A DNA stretch of 63,075 nucleotides, the filler included, from Octopus bimaculoides (Eukaryota): the NCBI RefSeq assembly GCF_001194135.2. It is 9 parts of 8 records of this genome, joined end to end, with 100 filler letters (N's around TTAATTAATTAA, not from the genome) between each part and the next. Parts side by side here need not be neighbours in the genome. Positions count along the whole stretch, not along the records: positions 1 to 4,206 come from NC_068981.1; positions 4,307 to 7,308 come from NC_068995.1; positions 7,409 to 32,848 come from NC_068992.1; 6 more parts are not named here. The stretch is one strand, 5' to 3'. Shown piece by piece: positions 1-11,845 of this stretch (its first letter is position 1; every line of letters begins with the position of its first letter). The notes beneath the pieces are model-generated. The model was given only the letters and a program-made list of their open reading frames with translations, searched no databases and was not told the origin of the DNA. A program made the translations under genes and the position numbers.

Positions 1-81
1 TCCTTCCCCCTCCCAAAAAGAAAAGCTCTACATTGTATTTGTCCCATCTTCGTTGAGCCCTGTGTGGCTAATAAAAGAAAT
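1..81 (+). mobile_element. 3' terminus of Tx1/L1-like LINE (same family as 46585-47292)
   Basis: ctctacattgtatttgtcccatcttcgttgagccctgtgtggctaataaa matches the reverse complement of about 46585-46650, which is the 3' UTR end of a LINE ORF2 remnant. Directly followed by (TATC)n. Confidence 0.75.
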
Positions 82-82
82 G

Positions 83-130
<48 letters not shown>

Positions 131-147
131 CATCCATCCATCCATCC

Positions 148-220
<73 letters not shown>

Positions 221-242
221 CACACACACACACACACACACA
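82..242. repeat. (TATC)n/(CATC)n followed by (CA)n microsatellite
   Basis: Seen directly. Confidence 0.98.
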
Positions 243-539
243 GGCACACACACGTCAGAATATCAGAGAGGGACATCAGAATATCAGAGTTGTCTGAGAA
301 GATTTTCTGGATGAATTTTGTCATGTGTCTATAATGACGATAAGAGTAGGGTTTGGAGTTGGTGTGGCAACACAACACAGAATTATTCATGAAGATCTGA
401 ATATGCGCAAAATATATATGAGAGTTTGTCAACGCACGCTGATATACACACGCACACATTCACCATACATCAAATATTATGCCTTGTAATTCCTTTTCTT
501 TCTTTCTTTCTTTTTTTTTATCGTTTACCGTGTACTTCT

Positions 540-790
540 TTCATTCACGCTGGGGCACTACCTCGAAAAACCCTAGTCGAACGAATCGACCTCAGTAACT
601 TTTTTTCGTTTTGAAGCTTGGTATTTATTCTATCGGTTCTTTCGCCGAATCGACCCCAGTAACTTTTTTCTTTTTGAAGCTTGGTATTTATTCCATCGGT
701 TCATTCGCCGATCCGCTATGTTAGGGACACATAAACACACCAACACCGGTTATTAAGCTGTTCGTAGGAGACAAACACAGACACAAAGAC
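540..790 (-). mobile_element. CORE-type SINE, 3' half, with an internal tandem duplication of about 60 bp
   Basis: Matches the 3' half of 13791-14179 (tcgacc..cag, gtatttattctatcggt, acataaacacaccaacaccggtt). The segment tcgacc(t/c)cagtaactttttt..gaagcttggtatttatt..atcggtt..ttcgccga occurs twice at about 585-710. Confidence 0.75.
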
Positions 791-916
791 ACACATAACT
801 ATGTATATTTGTATGCATATTACACACACACACACATATACATACACACATAATAAGCATGTCTATATATTCTGTGTATTCCAAACGTATCTTAATGCAA
901 TCCTTGTATTGTCCTT

Positions 917-1027
917 TGTACACCCTGATGAACTTCGATAGAAGGTAATTAAAATGCAAAATTATATATTCATATATGTTTTGTAATTTTAATTTTGTTT
1001 ATGAAGCGAAACAATTGTAGGTGAATA
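917..1027 (+). ncRNA. Hammerhead ribozyme-like motif (type I, family H1) in a Penelope-like pLTR fragment
   Basis: CACC(921-924)-CTGATGA(925-931)-aCTTCG...long AT-rich imperfect hairpin...tGAAGc-GAAAC(1008-1012)-AATT-GTA(1017-1019)-GGTG(1020-1023). Helix I pairs, helix III is palindromic (ACAATTGT), and base pair 10.1-11.1 is an A.C mismatch. Confidence 0.6.
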
Positions 1028-1248
1028 TGTTAATTAATTAATAAATTAATTTGGCTACATTAGGTCTATCTGTTTTCTAACTCGATAACAATGTTTGATA
1101 TTTTACGATATTTTATATACTTTATTCATTGAAGAAATATCTCTTCAAAATAGAACATATTAAACCAGTGTATCTTGGATAAAAATATCCCTATAAGAGG
1201 TCTAAATATCCTCACAGTTATATATATATATATATGTATATAAAAATA

Positions 1249-2475
1249 CTGGGTGCGTAAGATATTTGAGGACAGATTTATGTTTATAAAAAAAAACAGA
1301 TATATAATAACAGATAGTATCTTTATTTATCAAAAGATGCTATAGGATAAAAATAAACCTTCTTTTCTTTTATGTTATTCAATAAAGCCTGTTTCAGCTT
1401 CAACAACTGCTTCTATATGAGATCTAACTTATCTACATGCTCGAATCAAGTGGTCCTGGTTCATTTTGGATATTACTCTGGCAGCTTTCAAAGAATCTTT
1501 GGTGCTATGGGAGTGTTCATTGACTTCTCTTTCAACAACGCTCCATATGTAATACTCCAATGGATTGCGATCTGGGGAATTAGGAGGCCAAATGTTAGGG
1601 TTTATGTGATCATGAAAAATTTCAGTCATCCATTCCTGTGTTAGTAGAGCCATGTATAACAGTGCAATCTTATTGAAACACATATGGCGTTCCATTGTAT
1701 ACACTGTCTATCCAGGGCTTGATAATTATTTCCAGGACCTTAATGTAGGCGGCAGAGTAGACTCTAAGGTCTTGTGGAAAGAAATAAGGAGGAATCACAT
1801 GTCCTTCATTACTGACAGTTGCAGGAAATTTTGTATGCATAACACTTGGAACTTCAGAAGGGTCTGCACATAACCATCTGTCATTTCTACTGTTAACTTT
1901 GTGATCTTGGTCGAAGTTTTTCTCGTTTAAGAAAAACCAAATCAAATCTTCTGCTGGATTTTTCAGTTTTTTTAAGTCTTTTAGATCTGATGTAGTGATT
2001 TTCATTTGCTTTTTCTGACAAATTGACCTTTCCTTATCATATAAGACTTATATCTGATGTTTTCGTGGACAACATTTCTGAGTATTCCTTCTGACACATG
2101 GAGATTTATTGCAACTGACCTTATGGACTTCCTGGGATCGTAATCAATGGTCTGTTGAACTTGATAGATAAATTCAGGTGTTTTGATGATTTCAGAGCGT
2201 TTAGAATGCTTTGATACTGGTGATACATGTCCATCTTCAGTCTCTAGCTCCTTACAAATTTTGAAGACGAAAGATCTGGCAACTTTTATAAAAATCGAGA
2301 TATTTCTTAATCGCCATGCTCAGCAACTCCAACCACAATAACGGCATGCCTCTTTATTTCTTGAGTAAGCTGAGGGTTTGCCATTATTATTCTCGGTAAA
2401 CAAAGATTACACAGAGTAAACAAAAAAATGTTGCAATGATCCCCAAAAGGTATGTCCTCAAATACTATACGCACC

Positions 2476-2478
<3 letters not shown>
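1249..2478 (-). mobile_element. Tc1/mariner DNA transposon, maT/DD37-type, defective transposase
   Basis: Imperfect TIRs C(T/A)GGGTGCGTA...TATTTGAGGACA at both ends, each flanked by TA. Minus-strand remnants: ATG at 2384 (MANPQLTQEIKRHAVIV), xNEKNFDQD, VMHTKFPA, YVFQ*D, WPPNSPDRNPLEYYIW. 37 codons lie between the 2nd and 3rd catalytic positions after restoring a 2-nt deletion. Stops and frameshifts present. Confidence 0.92.

Positions 2479-2551
<73 letters not shown>
2479..2551. repeat. (TA)n microsatellite
   Basis: Seen directly; abuts the mariner TIR. Confidence 0.98.
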
Positions 2552-2554
<3 letters not shown>

Positions 2555-3090
2555 CACACAACAGTCCTCTTTCACACGGCTTTGGTTGGTCCGAGGCTAT
2601 AGTTGAAGTCCCACGAGGTGGGACTTAATACGGAATTATGTGGTTGGGCTGCAGTTGAATATTTTAATGCCATGGACAGAATTGGACTGAATGGTATTGC
2701 TTCGTGTCGAAGTCATAATCATTGCTAATAGAGCATCTGATGACGGGTTGTGAGTGTCCATTTACATATATGCATGTGTATATATGTATACAGGTGCAAA
2801 CAAAAGTAAGCACATCAATGCAAAACAAGGTGGAAAAAATAGTAATCGAATACCAAGGTAGAGTATTATGTTATTTATTAAGTCGAAAAAAAATCTTCAC
2901 AAATTCCGACGAGCGGTAATGTGAAACTGAGTAACAGATTGTGAAGAGTATTTTCTGTTATATGTAAGTGTGTGTGTGTGAGTGTGTGTATACAAGTGCG
3001 TATTATAGATATATGTGTTTATGTCTGTGTAAATAGGAACATGTTTATCCGTGTATATGCATATATATATATACACCCACATATGTTTCT

Positions 3091-3322
3091 TATTTCTTTA
3101 TTACCCACAAGGGGCTAAACATAGAGAGGACAAGCAAGGACAGACAAAGGGACTAAGTCGATTACATCGACCCCAATGCGTAACTGGTACTTAATTTATC
3201 GACCCCGAAAACATGAAAGGCAAAGTCGACCTCGGCGGATTTTGAACTCAGAACGTAAAGACAGACGAAATACCGCTAAGGATTTCGCCCGGCGTGCTAA
3301 CGTTTCTGCCAGCTCACCGCCT
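3091..3322 (-). mobile_element. tRNA-derived SINE family A, tail type A (LINE-like tail)
   Basis: Head aggcggtgagctggcagaaacgttagc, B-box-like gagttcaaa, central ctttgcctttcat..tcggggtcgataaattaagtaccag, tail ...gtttagccccttgtgggtaataaagaaata. About 20 related copies in the window. Confidence 0.9.
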
Positions 3323-3828
3323 CAAACGCATATATGTTTCTGTAGTTATCAACATACACAAACACACAGTCACACTCACATGTGTATATAAAATATATAT
3401 AACTGATAACAGTAAGCCTCGGAGTAGAAGCTTAAATGGTAGCCCTCAGATATTTCACTGTTAAACAATTATACACTCTACGTTGTTTTAAATATTTTCG
3501 TCCCCATCATAACAAGCAAATTTCTCTGCCAATCTGCATGGTAACCTACCAGCCTGCCTACCAACCTACCTACCTACTTATATATGTATGTATGTACGTA
3601 TATATTTATGTATGTATATGTATGCGTATATATGTATATGAAAACGTGTTATATGCATTTATCTATGTATCAATCTATCTGCTTGGGGTCCCCTTGGAAA
3701 CAAGGGTACCTCCTAAATGACATAAAGTCNNNNNNNNNNNNNNNNNNNNNNNNNNNNNNNNNNNNNNNNNNNNNNNNNNNNNNNNNNNNNNNNNNNNNNN
3801 NNNNNNNNNNNNNNNNNNNNNNNNNNNN

Positions 3829-3890
3829 NTACGCCATTAAAACCGGGAAACCGGGCCCATGAGCCTGGATAGGCTTTAAAAGGGCGCAGT
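3829..3890 (+). mobile_element. 3' tail of a V-domain SINE immediately upstream of the next copy
   Basis: tacgccattaaaaccgggaaaccgggcccatgagcctggataggctttaaaagggcgca is nearly identical to about 4121-4180. Confidence 0.75.
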
Positions 3891-3897
3891 TTTTGGT

Positions 3898-4180
3898 GGA
3901 GGCGCAATGGTCCAGTGGTTAGGGCAGAGGACTCGTGGTCGGAGGATCGCGGTTTCGATTCTCAGACCGGGCGTTGTGCGTGTTTATTAAGCGAAAACAT
4001 CTAAAGCTCCACGAGGCAACCCCTGTTGTACTCTTTCGCCCCGACTTTCTCTCACTCTTTCTTCCTGTTTCTTGAGTAACGCTGCGATGGACTGGCGTCC
4101 CGTCCAGCTGGGGGGAACACATACGCCATAGAAACCGGGAAACCGGGCCCATGAACCTGGCTAGGCTTCAAAAGGGTGCA
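3898..4180 (+). mobile_element. tRNA-derived SINE with V-SINE-like central domain
   Basis: A box tggtccagtgg, B box ggtttcgattc. Contains ctgcgatggactggcgtcccgtccag, which resembles the V domain of V-SINEs (from memory). A head fragment recurs at 39013-39062 on the minus strand. Confidence 0.75.
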
Positions 4181-4250
4181 AAGATATATATATATATATA
4201 TATATANNNNNNNNNNNNNNNNNNNNNNNNNNNNNNNNNNNNNNNNNNNN

Positions 4251-4262
4251 TTAATTAATTAA
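4251..4262. other. Assembly linker TTAATTAATTAA within N gap (also 7353, 32893, 38957, 40869, 47337, 53945, 59741)
   Basis: The same 12-mer with stops in all six frames is centred in eight N-runs of about 100 bp. Confidence 0.95.
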
Positions 4263-7200
4263 NNNNNNNNNNNNNNNNNNNNNNNNNNNNNNNNNNNNNN
4301 NNNNNNTCATATATATATATATGTGTGTGTGTGTATACATGGATATATGTACATGTGCACTGGGATACGGATTGGTAGCTAGGTAGATAAATGGATAACT
4401 ATATAGACTGAATAGATATAAATACATATCTGAGTAGGAATTCATTTTCTGACTTCGGATATATGGAAGTATGTGGAATGTACGAAATAGGACGTATATT
4501 TGCAGAATATGACAAGGCTGGCCCTTTGAATTACAGGTACAAATCGAGACATATATATATGAATGTATTTGTGCGCATGTATAGTATAAGTTAGTTAAAA
4601 CATGTTTGCAATAATAAGTGTCGCGTCGTGGAAATAAACGCAATTACCAAACTTTCACTCATAAATCTATTATTTCATTCTTTTGCATTTCAGTTTTCAA
4701 CATTTGTACCAAGAAATTTTCAGCAAGTGCACACCAGAAGAAATGGAAAAACGAGTAATTCTATCCCCTAAAAATTCTGACTGTCATGAAATAAATGAAA
4801 AAAGTTCTTAATAATATACTAGACGCATTTAAAACGTAATAAGCACAGATTCAGTGTTCTGCAATAATGAAGCGGAGGTTCAGTACTATCCATTTCAATT
4901 CATAAACTCACTCACTCTATTCGGTATGCCTCCTCATCACCTCAACCTAAAAGTAGGGGCTATTATAATGCTGCTAAGAAATCTTTCGATCAGTGAATGA
5001 TTACATAATGGAACTCGCATGAAAGTGCAAAGACTTCATGAACATTGTGTAGAAGCATCATTGGTAAACAACCAGCATCACCATTAACTCCAAGCCCGTC
5101 ATATATATATATATGTATGTATGTATGCATGCATATACATAAATACACATACTTGTATGCATATCTATTCACACACATTCATGCATATACATATATTCAC
5201 GAAATACAAGGTCTGATCAAAATGTATTGAGACAGTTGATATGAAAATGGAGTTGAAGAACACTGAGTGAAGTCGCGTAGCGCTGACTGATCTTGAACTC
5301 TGTGGGACATGAACAATAAGTTATGAAACGTTCTCCTTCATTTCAGTTGTTTGTATTCTCAAATTCTCTTCTTACGTATGCGCATGCTATTTCCACCGGT
5401 TCGAACGTGCATAAATTATACTCGGACTGATAATTTATATTACAAGAAATGTAAATGTTCTTTACAAACAAATTTCTGTTCATATTTGAAGTTCTGAGGA
5501 TGCCATAGGGTGATGTTCAAGCAACGAAGTATCAGTGCACTGCATCTAATAGCAGAAATAGCTGTGACCTAATGAAATTCACAACATAGTGGTTTATTCC
5601 TTTGTCGTCCCAATTTTCTATCTGTATTCGTGTGTTTTATCTGTATACGTGTGTTTTATCTGTATACGGGTGTTTAATCGTTTCTAGTAAATTACGCAAT
5701 AAAAATTTCTCGCATTCATGTGGAAATAGGAGGGGAAATCGGACCATCAATTTTACTGATATGTAAAATATTTCCAACTATGTAATATTGTTGAAATTAT
5801 TTTACAGTGTTACCTCTGGAAATTGATCTACTGCTTTTAAAAAAATGAATGATATTGCACCTAAAACAATGCGAGAGAATGTAGTGCATGTAGTAAATAT
5901 CTGTGCTAATAATTTGCAAATGAATGTGAAAAGGAAACATAAATTAACATTTCTATTTAATATTAGATGGTGTGTTTAGTTTTCTAGATATGCGTTTGGA
6001 GGAATGTATTGTTTCAAAACCTGTTGCAAGTAATTGTATGTTTGCATTAAATATTAACAAAAGTATTTAATTTAATGTCTGTCCTTTTGTGTTACGTCTT
6101 ATAGATCTGCTGGTGTCTGATTTAAGATGAAATTTGCTATGTGCATATAAGTGACATTAAAACTATTGTATTGATAGACGTGCTTATAAAGTAAGGAGAA
6201 TAATTTCCAAGACAAGAATAAAATGCATATATATGTATAGATATGTTTGTTTCTTCTCTTTGCTCAGAAATTACAAGAGATTTTATGAGAAACTAAATGA
6301 TGTAACACTTAACCAGCTCTTTTTAAAAATTACAATTAGTATTTTCAAAATTCCAAGCAAACAACAGTGATCCGCTAACTATATACCATTCATAAATACA
6401 TAGGAAACCAAACATGTCATAGCGATATAACAAATAGATTAATTTGCATCGTAAAATCTAAATACACATTCTTTAATATTATGTTTAAATAATGTCATAA
6501 GAGCGTGTATATATTTGCATGCTTGTGTATGTATGCATGTGTATAGAAATACACTCTTAACACACCCGCAGGCAGATGTATTTTCATATACGTATGAAAC
6601 ATTTGAATTAGAAGCAACTCAGTTGAGATAAGAGGTTTTCGACAAGTACATGCCAATGTTGCTGGTTTCGCGAGTTGACAATAACGTTAAAAGCATTAAT
6701 AATATTTGGTCCACGTAACACGATAAAAAAAAGAATGTAATAATACTCAATGTCTAGTTAGTAACGATAAAACTCTTATTTCCCCACTAGAAAATAATGT
6801 CAAAGCTATTGAAATATATCAATATTTTTGTTGACACTTTCATCAATGAACACTTTTGACCTTGTAACATCGCTTCTCTTTGTTTGCTCTCGTATTTGTA
6901 AATATCTCCAATCCATTATGTAAACTTGTCGTCAGTAGAGACGGCGCACAATTTTCATTTTATTTTATTAGTTCCACAGATTTATTTTACATTACGGATT
7001 CGTTATTTAAATTCTAGCTTATCTAGTATATGTGCATTCATTACAATATTGAACACCTAACTATATACGGAAGCAAAACTGAAAGTATATCTCTATATAA
7101 TCACTTGCTCAAACACTAAAAGCCTTTCTCCAAAAAGCATTGGTATTTTCCACACGTCACTACAGACGTCGAGGATCTTAATTCATATGTCTAGAAATGG

Positions 7201-7276
7201 ACTGTATTAACTCAGCTACGTATTACTAATAATTCAGCGTAATATTCGTGCTTAAACATCATGAACAATATACATA

Positions 7277-7308
<32 letters not shown>

Positions 7309-7424
7309 NNNNNNNNNNNNNNNNNNNNNNNNNNNNNNNNNNNNNNNNNNNNTTAATTAATTAANNNNNNNNNNNNNNNNNNNNNNNNNNNNNNNNNNNN
7401 NNNNNNNNATATATAAACCTTATA

Positions 7425-7520
7425 TCGATAAGCCAGCTGGAGGAGATGTCCTCCTGGGGCTAAAAGCAACAGTAACATCCACCCCTAGGGGTCAGCCACA
7501 CTTAAGTGGCAATATACTAC
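7425..7520 (+). mobile_element. 3' fragment of the H4 hammerhead-bearing repeat
   Basis: ccagctggaggagatgtcctcctggggcta...gccacacttaagtggcaatata matches about 26700-26780 and 43565-43650. Confidence 0.65.
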
Positions 7521-7689
7521 ACTTTATCGTGCAGTTACTGTTAATACTTCATTTAGAGAATTAACATTGCTTATATATATATATATATATATGCACACGT
7601 ATGTATGGATAGATATTTATATACACATGTATATATGCCGGTATTCTTTTATTCTGTTCAGCCATGCGGCTGCGACCATGTATATATGA

Positions 7690-7905
7690 ATATGTATGTG
7701 TGTGTGTCTTTGTGTCTGTGTTTGTGCCTCCACCATCGCGTGACAACCGATGTTGGTGTGTTTACGTACCCGTATCTTAGCGGTTCGGCAAAAAAGACCT
7801 ATAGAATAAGTACTAGGCTTGCAAAGAATAAGTCCTGGGATCGACTAAAGGCGGTGCTCCAGCATGGCCGCAGACAAATGACTGAAACAAGTAAAAAATA
7901 AAAAG
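7690..7905 (+). mobile_element. CORE-type SINE, 3' half
   Basis: caccatcgcgtgacaaccgatgttggtgtgtttacgt...aaggcggtgctccagcatggccgcag..aaatgactgaaacaagtaaaa. Confidence 0.85.
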
Positions 7906-8947
7906 AATAATATCCATACACACATACACACACACACACACACACATATACTATGGGATGGGTTTCACAAAAACCTTAGTTCAACTTTACGTTTTTTTTC
8001 TTCTCCTTTCTTTCACCAAGGTTCATTACAACTTTCTTGCTTGCATTTTATTTCATTCTAGTTTTTAGTTTCATTCACGAGTTTCATTCAGTGTACAAAA
8101 TTTCATTTAGAATTTCTTTTCATTGAGTTCATTCAGCTAAGCTTCAACGAATGGCTTATGTATGTATGTATGTATGTATTTTAGTGCATATAGGTTATAT
8201 ATATATATNNNNNNNNNNNNNNNNNNNNNNNNNNNNNNNNNNNNNNNNNNNNNNNNNNNNNNNNNNNNNNNNNNNNNNNNNNNNNNNNNNNNNNNNNNNN
8301 NNNNNNNNNNNNNNNNNNNNNNNNNNNNNNNNNNNNNNNNNNNNNNNNNNNNNNNNNNNNNNNNNNNNNNNNNNNNNNNNNNNNNNNNNNNNNNNNNNNN
8401 NNNNNNNNNNNNNNNNNNNNNNNNNNNNNNNNNNNNNNNNNNNNNNNNNNNNNNNNNNNNNNNNNNNNNNNNNNNNNNNNNNNNNNNNNNNNNNNNNNNN
8501 NNNNNNNNNNNNNNNNNNNNNNNNNNNNNNNNNNNNNNNNNNNNNNNNNNNNNNNNNNNNNNNNNNNNNNNNNNNNNNNNNNNNNNNNNNNNNNNNNNNN
8601 NNNNNNNNNNNNNNNNNNNNNNNNNNNNNNNNNNNNNNNNNNNNNNNNNNNNNNNNNNNNNNNNNNNNNNNNNNNNNNNNNNNNNNNNNNNNNNNNNNNN
8701 NNNNNNNNNNNNNNNNNNNNNNNNNNNNNNNNNNNNNNNNNNNNNNNNNNNNNNNNNNNNNNNNNNNNNNNNNNNNNNNNNNNNNNNNNNNNNNNNNNNN
8801 NNNNNNNNNNNNNNNNNNNNNNNNNNNNNNNNNNNNNNNNNNNNNNNNNNNNNNNNNNNNNNNNNNNNNNNNNNNNNNNNNNNNNNNNNNNNNNNNNNNN
8901 NNNNNNNNNNNNNNNNNNNNNNNNNNNNNNNNNNNNNNNNNNNNNNN

Positions 8948-8984
<37 letters not shown>

Positions 8985-9202
8985 CATATGTATACATCCA
9001 TATACATACATATGTCTCCCTTATACACCCAATGGGCCAACAGCTGGGACAAAGTCTCATAGAGGAGTGGTGACGTGAAACACCCAAGACTGAGGAAATC
9101 AGAAAGACCATGGTGGTGCTCCAGCATGACCATGGCCGCATGGTTGAAACGAGTAAAAGAATATGTTACACACACACACACAATCATTAATATTCTTTTC
9201 TT

Positions 9203-9411
9203 TCCTACTCTAGGTACAAGGCCCTAAATTTTGGGAGAGGGACCAGTCGATTAGATCGACCCCGTACGCAACTGGTACTTTATTTGTCGATCCCGAAAGG
9301 ATAACAAGCTCAGTCTACCACGACGGAATTTGAACTCAGAACGTAAAGACAGACGACATACTGCCAAGCATTTCGCCCGGTGTGCTAACGGTTCTGCCAG
9401 CTCACCGCCTT
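9203..9411 (-). mobile_element. SINE family A, tail type B
   Basis: Same head and body as 3091-3322, but the tail is ...gtcgatctaatcgactggtccctctcccaaaatttagggccttgtacctagagtagg. Confidence 0.88.
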
Positions 9412-11633
9412 ACATGTTGATATTCAAAGCGGAATTGCGATGGACCACCTCATGCACTAACATGCAAAACATGAGTACGTGCAGATAATATACATTCAAA
9501 CACACATGCAGACCATTCACTGAGTGTTTTTTTTTAATACCCTCAACACTAATACCACAACTATCATCTTTAATAAATCACTGGTTCGTCTTGTAATTGT
9601 ATTCACCGAAGGGAGTTTTTGTACAAGATGGCAACTATATTCACCAAAAATCTGAATTCAGCAGAAAGAGAATGGCTGAGCTCGTCATCATTGAAGCCAG
9701 GAATAAAAGTCAGAGTAAAACAAAATACCACAGAAATAAGTCTCTGAAAAAAAATTTCAATGAAGTCTTTCAAAAAAGACTTCATTACTTGTGTATTACT
9801 CGACTGGAGAAAGAAAAGATTGATGTAGATTTTCTTGCAGGCGTCGGCGGGAATATTCGTTTTAATCATCAACATTAAAAATACTGAATACTGCTACGAT
9901 ACAATGCAAGGTGTTTTCAATCTGTACATGTCATGTGTTGTCAAGAAATGTCTGACATATTTTTTATTGCATTGTCTTACTTTGCTTAAAAAATTGAATA
10001 AATGTTTTTTTTTCCTCTCTCACATATGTGAAATATGTTCATATATAAATTATGTGTGTACTATCTGTTAATTGGTCTAAAATATATCTTCTTTTATTTC
10101 TTTGTTTATAGCTTTGAAGTAAAATATAATATATTGCAAGTGAATTTTTTTCTTTGGTAAAGTTGTGAGTTTTTTTGCTAGACATCTCATCGACCTTAAC
10201 GACCAACTCGACAGCAGGGAAAGGGAAAAAAAAATCTTGTTAGTTACAGAAGAAATTCCCTTGGCTACGAGTGATAACGTTGGACAAATGTCGTGTTGAT
10301 GACACGTATTTTCGCAGAAGCACGTGTGAACGTATGACCTCTTATCTCTAGACAATAAGCTTGATATTTCTTTAATGGCATGTTAGTTTTGGAGAAGCTT
10401 TGATTATTGAGGTTATCCCCCCCTTCTTAAAAGGAGTTGGTCGGAATTTAGTATGTCGTCATTATGACACATCCTCCAGAGGAGGATATAATTTTTAATA
10501 AATCAGGAATTTATGTTGCAAGGCGTTTAATATAGCCGTGTTTGCCTATTTTGTCTAATTACATCACACTGGGCATTGTAAGTTATTTCTCTCAGCTAAT
10601 TTGTGTATGATAAATGTGTGTGTGTGTGTGTGTGTGTGAGGTTACTCATATAGGAGATATATAAACATGTAATTTAGCTATTTCTCGTAAAGTGAAAGAA
10701 ATGAGGAACAACCTTAATAGATTTTCGAATCTAATTGGTTTCTCATCAGAGGCGTCTACATCATCAATATGACCAATCCCCACCATATGTGTGTGTATGT
10801 GTGTGTGTGTGTCTACACGCACAAGTGAAATATAGTTGTAACCTAGTCTCAGTTTGGCTCTGATAGAAGACAGCTAAACTCATACATTGCTGCAATGTCC
10901 GCCTCCATCCCGTCCAAAAATTGTATCCAAGGAATATTGTCCAATGTGTTCTTTCTTAAGGTGGCATTGTGACATCTGAAAGTGATTTGGCTGTTATTTC
11001 TGGAAGACTGGGCGTAAAGACCTTTTCGGTTTGTATGGCAAACTATATCTCTTCTTAATATGTAAACGTGGAAACATAGGGAAAGTATTTCTTTTCCCAA
11101 CAGGTATTATATTTCAGTGTGATTAACGGATAGAAACGTGACTGAATTTGGGGTTAAAAACTGGATCTGTTCCAGCTGTGAAACCAATATAGTTCGCTTG
11201 GAATGCACAGCCGGAAGAAATGCTGCTAAGCATTTTTGTCCGACTCGCAAGCGATTCTGCCTGCTTGCTGCCTTTCCTCTCTTTATTAATGAGATGACGA
11301 AATAGGTTTTGTACTCACAAAAGTCTTTTTTTTTTTTCTAAGTCATTGGAGGCGCAAAGCCTCGTAGTTTGTGGGCGGAATGTTCGGCTCATAATCGTAA
11401 GTTTGTGAGTTCGCTTCCTCTCCTGGACAGCACACTACGTCATCCTCCTGGAGGAAAACTCTTCATTTTGCATTTAACTTCGATTATTCATTATGTGGTT
11501 TGTCAGAATCGTCAAGGGCGTCGAACCAAAACGCCTTGCAGTAGTGTTTGCTCCTTTGGCTCAAGGCCAGCACCTTCGGAGAGGGGATAAGTCAATTACT
11601 TCGACCCCCAGAGCTCGACTGATACTTATCCTT

Positions 11634-11845
11634 TTTTTACTCTAGGCCCAAAGCCCGAAATTTTTAGGGAGGGGCCAGTCAGTTAGATCGACCCCCAGTA
11701 CGCAAATGGTACTTAATTTATCTACCCAGAAAGGATAAAAGACAAAGTCAACCTCGGCGGAATTTGAACTCAGAAAGGAAAGACAGACGAAATACCGCTA
11801 AGCATTTCGCCCGACGTGCTAACGATTCTGCCAGCTCGCCACCTT
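11634..11845 (-). mobile_element. SINE family A, tail type B
   Basis: Full head, body and tail match to the family. Confidence 0.88.

Noticed and set aside
5205-5300. mariner-like TIR (tacaaggtctgatcaaaatgtattg)
   Set aside because: Only a single short end, with no partner TIR or coding remnant.
9597-9878. 93-aa non-repetitive ORF
   Set aside because: Starts at a non-ATG codon, has no recognisable homology or splice support, and its length is compatible with chance.
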